From a virus, in IMG/VR virus record IMGVR_UViG_3300032309_001546, positions 32,001-96,000 of that record: DNA of 64,000 bases; one strand, written 5' to 3'. This document shows, piece after piece, positions 39,068 through 48,770 of the stretch. A program made the position numbers and the translations under genes. The number at the start of each line of letters is the position of its first letter. Position 1 is the first letter of the stretch. The notes under the pieces are model-generated. The model worked only from the letters and a program-made list of their open reading frames with translations, did no database searches and was not told the DNA's origin.

Positions 39068-39378
39068 AGTTCCTTACTAGGCCAACTATCTACCATACCA
39101 GTAATTAGAAATTCACGATCTGTTGAGTCCAGTCTAGGAAATGCTTCCTGAATCATCTTTCCCTGATTCCAAGCAGACAGACACAACATAAATTCACTAC
39201 TACTCATCTCAGGATAGAGAACGTAGTAAGCCCTACTAAAGGGATCCTTGCGAATAAGTCTAATCTCATCAGTCTCATGAACAATATAAGCCGTAAGCGG
39301 ACCTCTTGGAGTCGTAAGGGTGTGGTATTCACCATCAAGACTAGGCATCCAAAAAGTATCAGTATGAGGATACAACAT
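39064..39378 (-). CDS. hypothetical protein
   Basis: IQEAFPRL..DREFLITG phage-type motif; AGGAG RBS. Confidence 0.7.
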   Translation of the reverse strand: MLYPHTDTFWMPSLDGEYHTLTTPRGPLTAYIVHETDEIRLIRKDPFSRAYYVLYPEMSSSEFMLCLSAWNQGKMIQEAFPRLDSTDREFLITGMVDSWPSKEL

Positions 39379-39426
39379 AATATATCTCCTTTGTTACAGA
39401 TTAATTTTCAAATAACTAATTATAAG

Positions 39427-39498
39427 TGCTTCAAGTAGGATTCGAACCTACGCAATCTAGTTTACAAAACTAGGGCTCTGCCACTGAGCTATTGAAGC
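39427..39498 (-). tRNA. tRNA-Thr(TGT)
   Basis: GCTTCAA/TTGAAGC, CTAGT-TTTGTAA-ACTAG. Confidence 0.92.
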
Positions 39499-39499
39499 A

Positions 39500-39574
39500 T
39501 GGTCGGGATGACAGGGATCGAACCTGCGACATCTTGCTCCCAAAGCAAGCGCGCTACCACTGCGCTACATCCCG
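39500..39574 (-). tRNA. tRNA-Pro(TGG), CCA encoded
   Basis: CGGGATG/CATCCCG, CTTGC-TTTGGGA-GCAAG. Confidence 0.95.
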
Positions 39575-39604
39575 ATTAACAATAAGATACCGTACGAGTA
39601 CCAG

Positions 39605-39677
39605 TGCGACGGGAGGGGCTCGAACCCTCGACTGACGGATTAAAAGTCCGCTACTCTACCAACTGAGTTACCGTCGC
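39605..39677 (-). tRNA. tRNA-Lys(TTT)
   Basis: GCGACGG/CCGTCGC, GCGGA-CTTTTAA-TCCGT. Confidence 0.95.
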
Positions 39678-39698
39678 AAAATAGCAAACAAAATAAAG

Positions 39699-39779
39699 TG
39701 GACCGGGTGGGGGTCGAACCCACATAGCTTGCGCGTTCCGTTATGAGCGAAATTCCGTAACCAATTCGGAGGCCAGTCC
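39699..39779 (-). tRNA. tRNA with CAT anticodon, probably Ile2; atypical (12-nt variable region, C8)
   Basis: GGACTGG/CCGGTCC, TCCG/CGGA D stem, TTTCG-CTCATAA-CGGAA, GTGGG-TTCGACC-CCCAC; directly downstream of tilS. Confidence 0.8.
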
Positions 39780-39838
39780 AAAAGAGGGGATATCCCATCC
39801 CCAAGAAAAGCAAATTGCACCATAGTACAATTACTTTT

Positions 39839-40513
39839 CTAAATGTATTCAAATAGTACTTTATTATTTGGTGGATAAAGAATCTTTTCCACTACAGTAT
39901 ATAAACCAGCATTTACGAATAGTGCGTGAGGCACAATGTTCTTCCTAATGTAAGATCTCATGTTTGAGCCATCAAAATTAGTTGGATCAACATAATAGCA
40001 AAGATTATTTTCTTTGCAATACATTAGTAGAGATTCTTTTTTGTTTCTAATGAAAGGTCTAACTACAAAGACATCTGAATCTTCTTTTAAACGACGACTG
40101 ACTGGCATAGTATAAGCTTTGCCATTCAACGTATTAAAAAGGTATGTTTCAACAGCATCATCTAAGTGATGAGCTGTAATAATTTTACAAGCGCTAAAAC
40201 TCGCTGCTACTTGACCAAAAAGTCTGTATCTCTCGTCGCGCCAGTACTCTTCTTGACTGGAAGCCATTGGTCTATCTGGCTTGATAGCCAAGGACTTAAA
40301 CTGCCAAGAGTGAGCCTTACAATAATCTCTAACAATCTTTTCAGAAAGATCAGAAGTTACTGTGCCATGATGGATAAATACCACCATACCATGCTGACTA
40401 TGCTTACCCTTTGTTAAGAAGTGCAAGCAAGCCATACTATCCGGCCCACCTGAGCAGGCAAAAATAAATGGTTTGTCTTTTGAGAGTAATCTTTTGTCGT
40501 ACTTAAGATACAT
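39839..40513 (-). CDS. tilS: tRNA(Ile)-lysidine synthetase, catalytic domain only
   Basis: SGGPDS, TAHHLDDAVET, VRPF, DPTN, RSYIR. Confidence 0.88.
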   Translation of the reverse strand: MYLKYDKRLLSKDKPFIFACSGGPDSMACLHFLTKGKHSQHGMVVFIHHGTVTSDLSEKIVRDYCKAHSWQFKSLAIKPDRPMASSQEEYWRDERYRLFGQVAASFSACKIITAHHLDDAVETYLFNTLNGKAYTMPVSRRLKEDSDVFVVRPFIRNKKESLLMYCKENNLCYYVDPTNFDGSNMRSYIRKNIVPHALFVNAGLYTVVEKILYPPNNKVLFEYI

Positions 40514-40521
40514 ACTTTCCT

Positions 40522-42789
40522 TTAAAGATTAGCGATATAGTAGTCAAATACGTCTAGAATTTCAGTAGACTGTACTGTAATATCAGGACGACCTTGAGTA
40601 ATGATATTCTTAGGAAATCCTAGAAGGAATGACTGATTAGCATAATCAGCAATTAACTCAGATCTATAGCCAGAAAGACTATGAATATACTTTACTCGAT
40701 AGTCTGTCTCGTTCTTGATTAGAATTTCCATATACTTAACAGGATTGGCAAGAGCCTTAGCCTTAGCTTGAATAAACTTCTTCTTATACTCACCAAAAAT
40801 TGAGTTCATAAGCTTAGCATCGGCAACAGCTGGGATATCGGCACCACATTTGACATTTAAGTCATAGCCAATATTATTGCTCTGACCAAGGTAGTATCTT
40901 GTAAATGTATACTCGACGTAATGTCTCATAAACAATTGAAGATATCCAAGATTAATCTTTTCCTCTTGGGTAAGACTGTCTTCCCTGCTAGTAAGATCCA
41001 CATACATTGCAGTGTATGCTTCAAAGGTCTTATTCTTTACAATAGAAGTTGTAAAAGCATTAAAGTATTTAGGCATATGCTTTGTCTGCTCCTCAAAGTA
41101 AGCAGGAACAAGTTCGTTAATAGCATGTACAATCTCGTGCCACTTAGCCCTATCATCATAGGGCATTGCTGGATGAGCATCTTTCTCATTAAATCCACAA
41201 AATGTACGCCTATAATTATTTACGCCATACTGATAAGGAGTCGATGCATATCCATGTCTGGTTCTAGTGCGACTATTGACCAGACCAGTAAGAGTCTGAC
41301 CAACCTTCTTTTGAACCCACTTGTTAAGACTTGCGCCTGTAACATTAGAGTTGGCCACAAGATCCATAGCCATATCAAGGGCATAAGATTTGGGCTCTAC
41401 AGAATTTTGCCAAATAGATCCATGATAGCTTTGATCTGGGGCAAGTTCAGGCAAGTCAAAAGACTGAAGCATTTTACTTGCAGTCTTTCTAGTGTTTAAA
41501 TCCTCGCTTCGGAGCATACCATACAAAGAATCATATGTTGCAAGATTCAAAGTAGGATTACTTTGCTTTAGTTGAGCAACAAAAGCACTTTCACTAACAA
41601 CCGTGATATCAGGATTCTCAGAAAGAAATCCAAACAAACGGTCTAGTGAATCAAAATGAGTTTCCAGTGCAATATATCTATCAGTATTTACAACTTCATA
41701 GTGATCAGTATCTAGAAGATCAATCTCTAGCTTTGCAGGAATAACTTCAGAAGAAAATGATCCGCTATTAAGACCATAGCTATTGCCATAGTATTGTCCA
41801 GCATTTTTTCTTTCCCACCTGGCTTGCCACTCATTCCATTGAGCCAAAGGCATTTCAAGCTTAGGGCCATTCTTAAGATCTAAGATGTCTGCGTCAGACA
41901 TAAAAGACATATAAAGCATGGGAACATTATATATATGTGCAAATCCAGTAGTAGACTTTGGGATATCTAGTCCTCTGAGGATGCGATTTTGCCATCCCCA
42001 GTCAAAGGTAAAATGAGGAGAGCTCAGTACACGGCCTCTGCCTGGGATTTCCTCTATCTTCAAATCAGAGTAAGGACTGCTATAAGCAGGGCCAAGATAA
42101 CCATACTTAATAGTTTCAAGTATTCCTTCGTAAGGACTATGTTGATAATTGCCGCGACTAACAGCAGTGCTAGAATCCATTGAACGAGTACCAACAAGTA
42201 ACTTAACAATGTTATCCTTAATTGCTGATTGATTGTCTAGAAAATGCCGCTCAAGAGCATTCTTAATAGCATGTGGTGTTGCAATAACTGCCTTAATAGG
42301 AGCAGCCTTCATCATACCCTGAGGATACTTTACAATATGATTAAGACAACGTTCTTCATCGCTAGACAAAACATAATACTGTGTCTTGCTAGGAGCCTTT
42401 GCAACGCTACAATCATACTTTAAGGCAAAAGCTTTTTGCTCGTCATTGGAGTAATAGCCAGAGCCAAAAGCAATTGTAGAGTCATTAGGAATTGGCTTGG
42501 TTGAGATATCAACATACTGCATTCCAAGACGACGCACTGCTTCTTCCTGAGTAACAACAAGATCACAAGATGAGCCTTCGTTGTAAAAAGGAATAGGCAA
42601 TCTGGTACGACCACTATAATGATGCCGGGTACCCTGGTTGGGGATACAACAAACTGTATCCCACTCGGACACCAAAATGTTATCTAGATTATACTTAATA
42701 TTATTAAGAAGATAAGTACTAGAATCATTTGGTTTAGTTGCAACAATATCGAGAACAATAGACTTTAAATTAGACTTTCTCCCAATCAT
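40522..42789 (-). CDS. large hypothetical protein (755 aa) downstream of AAA/VWA pair
   Basis: Long ORF with AGGA RBS. Confidence 0.8.
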   Translation of the reverse strand: MIGRKSNLKSIVLDIVATKPNDSSTYLLNNIKYNLDNILVSEWDTVCCIPNQGTRHHYSGRTRLPIPFYNEGSSCDLVVTQEEAVRRLGMQYVDISTKPIPNDSTIAFGSGYYSNDEQKAFALKYDCSVAKAPSKTQYYVLSSDEERCLNHIVKYPQGMMKAAPIKAVIATPHAIKNALERHFLDNQSAIKDNIVKLLVGTRSMDSSTAVSRGNYQHSPYEGILETIKYGYLGPAYSSPYSDLKIEEIPGRGRVLSSPHFTFDWGWQNRILRGLDIPKSTTGFAHIYNVPMLYMSFMSDADILDLKNGPKLEMPLAQWNEWQARWERKNAGQYYGNSYGLNSGSFSSEVIPAKLEIDLLDTDHYEVVNTDRYIALETHFDSLDRLFGFLSENPDITVVSESAFVAQLKQSNPTLNLATYDSLYGMLRSEDLNTRKTASKMLQSFDLPELAPDQSYHGSIWQNSVEPKSYALDMAMDLVANSNVTGASLNKWVQKKVGQTLTGLVNSRTRTRHGYASTPYQYGVNNYRRTFCGFNEKDAHPAMPYDDRAKWHEIVHAINELVPAYFEEQTKHMPKYFNAFTTSIVKNKTFEAYTAMYVDLTSREDSLTQEEKINLGYLQLFMRHYVEYTFTRYYLGQSNNIGYDLNVKCGADIPAVADAKLMNSIFGEYKKKFIQAKAKALANPVKYMEILIKNETDYRVKYIHSLSGYRSELIADYANQSFLLGFPKNIITQGRPDITVQSTEILDVFDYYIANL

Positions 42790-42803
42790 TGTTATCCTTA
42801 CCC

Positions 42804-43997
42804 TTACGCCCCAAGGACGTAGCTAGAAAACTCTTGCTGCATTGCAAGACTTGCGAACTTATCATTATTGGCAATAAGAGACTGACAAATATGACGGGTC
42901 AGATCTTCCATAAAGATCTTTTCCTTCACAATATGCGTAAGCCGATCCTTGGTTCCCTTATCAACAGGCTTCTTAGAGTGAAGCTGATTAAGGAAGATTA
43001 CAAGTCGAGTTGCAAGGATGCTTGCAATAGCGGCCTTATAGGTGCCGTCAGTATTCGTAGCGCTGCGAATCTGATTGCCAAGGAAATCAATATCCTTGTG
43101 GTCGTAAGCAGCACGAATATCAGGAAGCTTATCCAACTCATCGTTAATGAAGTTGATAAAGAGGCTGGTAGTCTCAGGACCACAGCTGGCATCACCAACA
43201 AGTCGAATGAACTTAAGCTGCTTCTTGAAGTCCTTGAAGTCGCTAATCTGATTAAAGAAATGCACGATTGAACGCGGATTAATCTTCTCAGGAGACATAA
43301 TCTCAGGATGCTTAAGAACAAAGTTGATACAACGCTGGTCTAGGGCATTCTGCTCTGCCCAGGTAGCCCAGGTCTCTGCATCAAAGCCATACTGAATCGT
43401 AATGAAACGAGTCTTCATAGCATTGTCGATCTCCTGAACCATGTAATTATCATTAGCAGGGTTACTAGTCAGGATAATCGTCCAGCCCTTCGGGAGCTTG
43501 AAGCTAATATACTCCTGACGGTCAATAAGCTCCATGACAGCCTGCATGTAGCGGGGGTCTGCACGAGTGTAGTCGTCCAAGAGAAGGATACCGCCCTTGT
43601 CAGTGCGGCCCTGAATCCATGAGGGAACGGCATAGCCCATACGAGCCTGACCAGTCAACGGATTGCTGTCAAGATGGTCACCAGTCAAAACACCTAGGTG
43701 GTCACTGGTAATCCAAGTACCATTTTCACGCTCGTACTCCTTAACGGGGAAACCTACGATATCGCCAAGCTCTTCGCACTGTGCAAGATTAATCTTGACC
43801 ATGTGAAGATCATTGCGCTGAGCAACCTGAAGAACAGTAGAAGTCTTGCCAAGACCAGCATGGCCCTCGATGTTAACAGCCGTAGGCATCATGCCACGGT
43901 CCTGAAGATTCCTATTGGTACGAATTACATGCTCGAGAAACGTAACAATTTCACGAGAGTTGAGAACGAGACTATCATCAATCTTAATCTGAGACAT
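42804..43997 (-). CDS. MoxR-like AAA+ ATPase, copy 2
   Basis: GHAGLGKT, LLLDDYTR, TSNP, NPRS. Confidence 0.87.
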   Translation of the reverse strand: MSQIKIDDSLVLNSREIVTFLEHVIRTNRNLQDRGMMPTAVNIEGHAGLGKTSTVLQVAQRNDLHMVKINLAQCEELGDIVGFPVKEYERENGTWITSDHLGVLTGDHLDSNPLTGQARMGYAVPSWIQGRTDKGGILLLDDYTRADPRYMQAVMELIDRQEYISFKLPKGWTIILTSNPANDNYMVQEIDNAMKTRFITIQYGFDAETWATWAEQNALDQRCINFVLKHPEIMSPEKINPRSIVHFFNQISDFKDFKKQLKFIRLVGDASCGPETTSLFINFINDELDKLPDIRAAYDHKDIDFLGNQIRSATNTDGTYKAAIASILATRLVIFLNQLHSKKPVDKGTKDRLTHIVKEKIFMEDLTRHICQSLIANNDKFASLAMQQEFSSYVLGA

Positions 43998-44082
43998 TTT
44001 ATTTATCCTTGGTTATAAGGTATTAGGATAAATACTAAAGAATACTTTAATCTTTTTTACTTTAATTAATAATCAAAAAGTT

Positions 44083-45462
44083 CTATAGAACTTCTTTCAT
44101 AATAACAACATCGCCAGGAAACTTTTGGTCTTTGTATTGCTCGCGCTCACCGCGAGTCATAACCCAAAGAATTGGCTTAGTTGTCTTAATAGACGGAGGA
44201 CTACATGCTCCGTCGCTGAAATAAACAAGACAAGTATACTTGCTCTTATTCCTATTCATATACTGAACAGGAGGATCAAAATCAGTACCACCACGGCCAT
44301 AGATTTTAACAGTACTCTTCTTAGAGTATTCTTCAACCTTAGCAATTGCAGCATCGCAATGAAGAAGCGTCATCTTTGCGCCAGTCTTAGAGATAAACTC
44401 TAGTTCTGCCATAAAGTTTGCCAACTCTTGATCGCTAACGCTCCCGCTAGTGTCAATTGCAATAAGCAACTTATGCTTAGGATTGAACTTGAGACCAGGC
44501 TGGCCAAGGAAACGAATAGATTCCTTACGCTTAGTCTTCTTTACAACTACACTAGTACTTGCAGCAATGAATCTCCTGAAGTAAGCTTTCCAGTTAGTAA
44601 CTGGATCCTTCTTTTCAAGAAGACGATCAATCTCTGAAAGTAGGTTACCAGGGATATAGCCGCGAGCAGTAGAACCAGACTGACGAATAGTCTCATGGTA
44701 AGCTCTACGGACCTGCTGACGACGAATCTCGTCTACAGCTTCCCAGTATCCAGTAGAATCTTCACCAGGCTCAAGGTCTGGCTTGTCCCACTGGCTATGG
44801 CTAGGATCGCCCTGGCCATACATATCCATTAGATTCTGATCTGCCTTGGATGGACCTTTGCCAGACTGACTCTCAGAGTCACCATCTTTATCTCCTGATG
44901 GACCAGGAGAAGATCCTTCTTGCCCATCCTGACCGCCATCAGGACTATCACCAGGATTCTTAGGGCCCTGATCTGGTCCATCACCAGGACAGGGATCTCC
45001 ATAGAATTCCTCAGGATACTCTCCCTTTAGATCTTCAATCTTCTGCTTTAGAAAATCATAGTAGAAGACAGTACCTGCCTTTTCAGGCAAGTTGTAATCT
45101 GGGAAGGTATCCATCTGGATACAACCTTCAGGAAGTTCTGATCTATCAATATACTGATTGATCTCAAGATCAGCAGCAATATTAAAGATCTTATGATCTG
45201 GGCAACGGTTACGATAGTAAGGACTCAAGTGGCCAAGTGAGATATGAAGAATCTCATGCTTTAGTACACCAACCTGATGCTCAGGGGGCATATCAAGATA
45301 CGCACCTTTTCTAAGCAACAACTTAAAGTTGTATCCTTCCATCGCAACTGCTGCAATAGGAATCGAATGATCGATCTCATACTTATTGACACCCAATAGA
45401 TACAATCCGAAGAAAGGATTGTCGTTCATCAATAGCCGAAACGGCTTAGTATATTGTTGCAT
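44083..45462 (-). CDS. HExxH metallopeptidase-like + VWA protein (DUF2201-like), copy 2
   Basis: LKHEILH, NIAADLEIN, G/D/P-rich linker, IDTSGS, GRGGTDF, FSDG. Confidence 0.87.
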   Translation of the reverse strand: MQQYTKPFRLLMNDNPFFGLYLLGVNKYEIDHSIPIAAVAMEGYNFKLLLRKGAYLDMPPEHQVGVLKHEILHISLGHLSPYYRNRCPDHKIFNIAADLEINQYIDRSELPEGCIQMDTFPDYNLPEKAGTVFYYDFLKQKIEDLKGEYPEEFYGDPCPGDGPDQGPKNPGDSPDGGQDGQEGSSPGPSGDKDGDSESQSGKGPSKADQNLMDMYGQGDPSHSQWDKPDLEPGEDSTGYWEAVDEIRRQQVRRAYHETIRQSGSTARGYIPGNLLSEIDRLLEKKDPVTNWKAYFRRFIAASTSVVVKKTKRKESIRFLGQPGLKFNPKHKLLIAIDTSGSVSDQELANFMAELEFISKTGAKMTLLHCDAAIAKVEEYSKKSTVKIYGRGGTDFDPPVQYMNRNKSKYTCLVYFSDGACSPPSIKTTKPILWVMTRGEREQYKDQKFPGDVVIMKEVL

Positions 45463-45485
45463 TCTTACCTTATTTTATATTTAAC

Positions 45486-46151
45486 TTATCGGCGGAATCC
45501 TTTGAATACCGTCTCAAGTTCTCTCGTCAACTTTTCAATATCATTAATATCGCCATCAAACGAATAGCCTACACCAAAAGGTAGCTTATAGGATGTAACA
45601 CCCTTAAGTTTCTGATTACCCCAGATGTTCTTGTCAGTAATCTTGGAATCATCGCCATCGTAGTCTGAAGATCCCTTAGGCCAAACAGGAGGACGCACAG
45701 CAGGCTTATTAAGATCAGTCTTAGGCTTATCTCGACGAGCCCCTTCAAGGGTCCAAAAATACTTGTCAGCTGTCATAAACGCAGAAATAATCTTTGCTGT
45801 AAGCTCAGTGTACTGAGGAGTACGCTTCTCGTCGGCGGCCAGGGTAAGCTCTCTGCGGACTTCATGACAAGCAGTCTCAAGAAGAGCAATACCACTAGTA
45901 ATTAGCGCATGCTTACTGGCATCGCGAAAATTGAGAAGACGATCAGCCTTGGAGTCATAGATCAAAGACGGATCCTTCTCATAAACAAAGTGATATTCTG
46001 GGAATAGCGAAGAAAGCTCTCTTAGAACAGTGGCAAAATGCTGACCACTGACTGTCATGGGACGATCAGTGTTAGGCAATTGCACAATGTAGCAGCCCTT
46101 AGTAGGCGCATCAAAAATGACAATCTGGGGACGAGTAGTATTAACTTCCAT
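45486..46151 (-). CDS. hypothetical protein
   Basis: Start MEVNTT with AAGGAG RBS. Confidence 0.7.
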   Translation of the reverse strand: MEVNTTRPQIVIFDAPTKGCYIVQLPNTDRPMTVSGQHFATVLRELSSLFPEYHFVYEKDPSLIYDSKADRLLNFRDASKHALITSGIALLETACHEVRRELTLAADEKRTPQYTELTAKIISAFMTADKYFWTLEGARRDKPKTDLNKPAVRPPVWPKGSSDYDGDDSKITDKNIWGNQKLKGVTSYKLPFGVGYSFDGDINDIEKLTRELETVFKGFRR

Positions 46152-46260
46152 TTTATTCTCCTTCAAAAACAAGTAGTTACAAGAACAACAACAGGAAATA
46201 AACAAAATGTTCCTGCGTTATTTGAATATTTAGACACAATTATATTTGTGTCAAGTAATT

Positions 46261-46641
46261 TTATCCAAGCATTTTAACTGCGTCTTCAGTTTGACTAGCA
46301 GTAAACGTTTGAGTCTTAGCTGACTGATTCTGCAGACTAGGACAAATAATGTCTTCAACATGCACAATATGATTATAGGTTACACGGATAGGTTCAGTCT
46401 GTCCCTTTGGAACAAACGGCTTAGTAACATATGGTTCTCCTAGTCTGCAATTGTGCAATCCAATTACACTACCAGGAGGAACTCCCATAAGTTTATCAGT
46501 TAAAGTGCCCTTTTGAAGTCTAACCATAAAAGTTGTATACTTTTTATTTGCTTCTGAACTCGTTACTTTAATATACAAATAGTCAGAGCTATCTGCATTA
46601 TAATTACCAAGAACACCAGAAACATACATTGAATGGGACAT
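46261..46641 (-). CDS. hypothetical protein, possible OB fold/SSB-like
   Basis: MYVSGVLG..TFMVRL..PGSVIGL pattern. Confidence 0.55.
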   Translation of the reverse strand: MSHSMYVSGVLGNYNADSSDYLYIKVTSSEANKKYTTFMVRLQKGTLTDKLMGVPPGSVIGLHNCRLGEPYVTKPFVPKGQTEPIRVTYNHIVHVEDIICPSLQNQSAKTQTFTASQTEDAVKMLG

Positions 46642-46856
46642 TAATCCTCTATTGGTTTAACGTAAATTGTAGCTGCAGTATCTTTATCAAAAAGATAAAC
46701 TACATTATTAATACGAATTCTAATACCAAGAGCATTGTTAGCAATCAGATAAAAAACTTTATCTAAGGTAAATCCTAATTCTACTAAACGAGAAGACCAT
46801 GGTTGAATGGTAGCTATCTTATAGTTGCCAGGCTTACAAAGACTTATTTTAATCAT
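46641..46856 (-). CDS. FeoA-like (SH3-fold) protein
   Basis: SRLVELGF...IRIRINN..LFDKDTAATIYV. Confidence 0.6.
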   Translation of the reverse strand: MIKISLCKPGNYKIATIQPWSSRLVELGFTLDKVFYLIANNALGIRIRINNVVYLFDKDTAATIYVKPIED

Positions 46857-47119
46857 TAGATGGGATTGTCTCTATTTAGCCATGATGACTTGAAATTATC
46901 AATACCAACAGCTAAATCAACTTCAAATGCAGTAATAGTAGAGGTTCCAGATTCTCCGCTAACACACCAGACCATAGACCCATCAGATGTTTCGGCCTCA
47001 TAAATACTGACAGAGCCAACAGTGCCGGCTAAGCTTGCTGTGTTTCCAACAACAGTATCAGGTGATACCTCAAAACACCAAGTATAAAGTTCAACGAGTA
47101 TTGATTCAGAGTATTCCAT
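46856..47119 (-). CDS. hypothetical protein
   Basis: Start MEYSES with AAGGA RBS. Confidence 0.6.
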   Translation of the reverse strand: MEYSESILVELYTWCFEVSPDTVVGNTASLAGTVGSVSIYEAETSDGSMVWCVSGESGTSTITAFEVDLAVGIDNFKSSWLNRDNPI

Positions 47120-47172
47120 GATAATCCTTATATTGTTCATTAGATATATTAATATTTTAACGCAATAAGAAA

Positions 47173-47189
47173 GGCCGGCGCAGCCGGCC
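47173..47189. repeat. GGCCGGC-GCA-GCCGGCC hairpin, copy 2 of 3
   Basis: Exact 17-mer. Confidence 0.9.
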
Positions 47190-47197
47190 ATGCTTAC

Positions 47198-47476
47198 TTA
47201 ATTTTCTGTTCCATCGATTGCATACTCAATCTTAAATTGATGAATAGCCTTAAGAAGTGAAACAAATGCATTCAGAATGCAAAGACAAGAAGTGTCGTTA
47301 ACTTGCTCTGCCATCTGATTAGACAAATACCACATTGTTGATAGTAGGTGTCCAGGAAGCTGGCCATTCAAGTCATGAATAATCATGTCATATAATTCGC
47401 TCTTGCTAATTTGATCAGTCTGTTGAAGTCTATAAACTTGAAAAATAAGATCTGAATTAATTGAGGGACCAGTCAT
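47198..47476 (-). CDS. hypothetical protein
   Basis: AAGGAG RBS. Confidence 0.65.
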   Translation of the reverse strand: MTGPSINSDLIFQVYRLQQTDQISKSELYDMIIHDLNGQLPGHLLSTMWYLSNQMAEQVNDTSCLCILNAFVSLLKAIHQFKIEYAIDGTEN

Positions 47477-47486
47477 TGTTAACTCC

Positions 47487-48191
47487 TTAGGCTAAAGCTT
47501 TTTCCATTTGGTTACCATGTGCAATAAATGCAATAATAGGTGCAGCTTTCTTGCTACCATTACAAAGCCTACACTGATTACAAGTAATACTGCTTTTGGT
47601 TTGCGCTGGACAGACAACTACTTTATTACCAGCTGGACTAGTAAATGCATGAGGACTATCTTCACCTACAATTGTTGTAGCTCTCCATCCCTGAGCAACT
47701 GCAAGATCTGCGTCATTAATTTTTTCGCAGCTTGCCATAAGAGAACCACGCCAATTCTTAGCTACTTTCTCTTCTCTCCAGTGATGGGTATACCCTACTA
47801 ATTCAAGTTTTGTTTTGCTAATAGTTTCTTTGATCTCAGATGCTTGCGTTGCTGAGCATCTTCCGATGTCACCAATGGCGGATACACGAACCATTCTAGC
47901 GGCCTTGTGTCTATTCTTAAGAGCGTAAGATAAGGTCTTATCAGCGCCTTTTGCATAGGCACGCCTAGTTGAACTAGATCCAATATTGACGCTACCACTC
48001 CACGCATAACAGCCGTTACCTCTGAGCTTACATCCATCGCAACTCTCCCATGCTTCTTGCTTAGTATAGCCAATATATAGAGTAGGAACATTGCCAGTCT
48101 TTACGTTAACAGCCTGAGCATTCCAAATAAGGTTAAAGTCTACTTCTTGTGAAGAGGACTGTAGTGATTCTAAAATATTATCGTAATTCAT
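47487..48191 (-). CDS. Cys-rich phage protein (Gp88-like, possible Fe-S)
   Basis: NVKTG, SCDGC..GCYA, YTHH, CPAQ, TCNQCRLC, HG. Confidence 0.65.
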   Translation of the reverse strand: MNYDNILESLQSSSQEVDFNLIWNAQAVNVKTGNVPTLYIGYTKQEAWESCDGCKLRGNGCYAWSGSVNIGSSSTRRAYAKGADKTLSYALKNRHKAARMVRVSAIGDIGRCSATQASEIKETISKTKLELVGYTHHWREEKVAKNWRGSLMASCEKINDADLAVAQGWRATTIVGEDSPHAFTSPAGNKVVVCPAQTKSSITCNQCRLCNGSKKAAPIIAFIAHGNQMEKALA

Positions 48192-48317
48192 ATAAATATC
48201 CTAATATGAATAATTAAAAATCAAATATCAAAGAATACATTGTAAACAAATACAGATAAACAAAAAGTCCCAAGTATTTCTACTTGGAACTTATTTATTA
48301 CTTACATTTGAATATTA

Positions 48318-48761
48318 CTATTCTAAAGTTTTCTTAGCTATTTTCTTTGGAGCATAGCTAACTTTATGTAAACCATTTTTAATACCAAAATCTTTACCAA
48401 AAGTAGAAACTGCCTGATAGACATACCAAGCTCTAATAGCCCACATTCCATCTTCTTTGCACATTTGCTGAAGAAGACGGTCTGCTTTGTCTCTATAAGA
48501 CAAAGGAAGATGCTTTTCTATAATAAGCTGATAAAGAACATCATGGACTAAAGATCCACGCATGAAATCCTTACTGTCAACAGCTGGACCTGAAGCTCCA
48601 TCCCATGCATAGCCATGACGAATTGTCAATGTGCCATCACCAAGAAATTCTATATATTCGGTTTTGATATTCAAGGGAGGAATTATATTTATTTTACAAG
48701 TATAATCCTCTTTTAATTGATATTTCCAACCATCTGTATATGTAATGTAACCTTCAGTCAT
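48318..48761 (-). CDS. DUF1353-like protein
   Basis: GYAWDGAS, SLVHDVLY, AD, YQAV..FG. Confidence 0.75.
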   Translation of the reverse strand: MTEGYITYTDGWKYQLKEDYTCKINIIPPLNIKTEYIEFLGDGTLTIRHGYAWDGASGPAVDSKDFMRGSLVHDVLYQLIIEKHLPLSYRDKADRLLQQMCKEDGMWAIRAWYVYQAVSTFGKDFGIKNGLHKVSYAPKKIAKKTLE

Positions 48762-48770
48762 GATATTCCT

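Noticed and set aside
40921-41499. Plus-strand ORFs such as 40921..41499, 42789..43271, 54602..55117, 59835..60350, 60289..60834
   Set aside because: Antisense shadows of well-supported minus-strand genes; no RBS or motif
46231-46254. TTGACA promoter with overlapping GACACAA/TTGTGTC palindrome (and TTGACA at 3308-3313)
   Set aside because: -10 elements at the expected spacing are weak (AAATAT, AATATA); plausible but not supportable without TSS data
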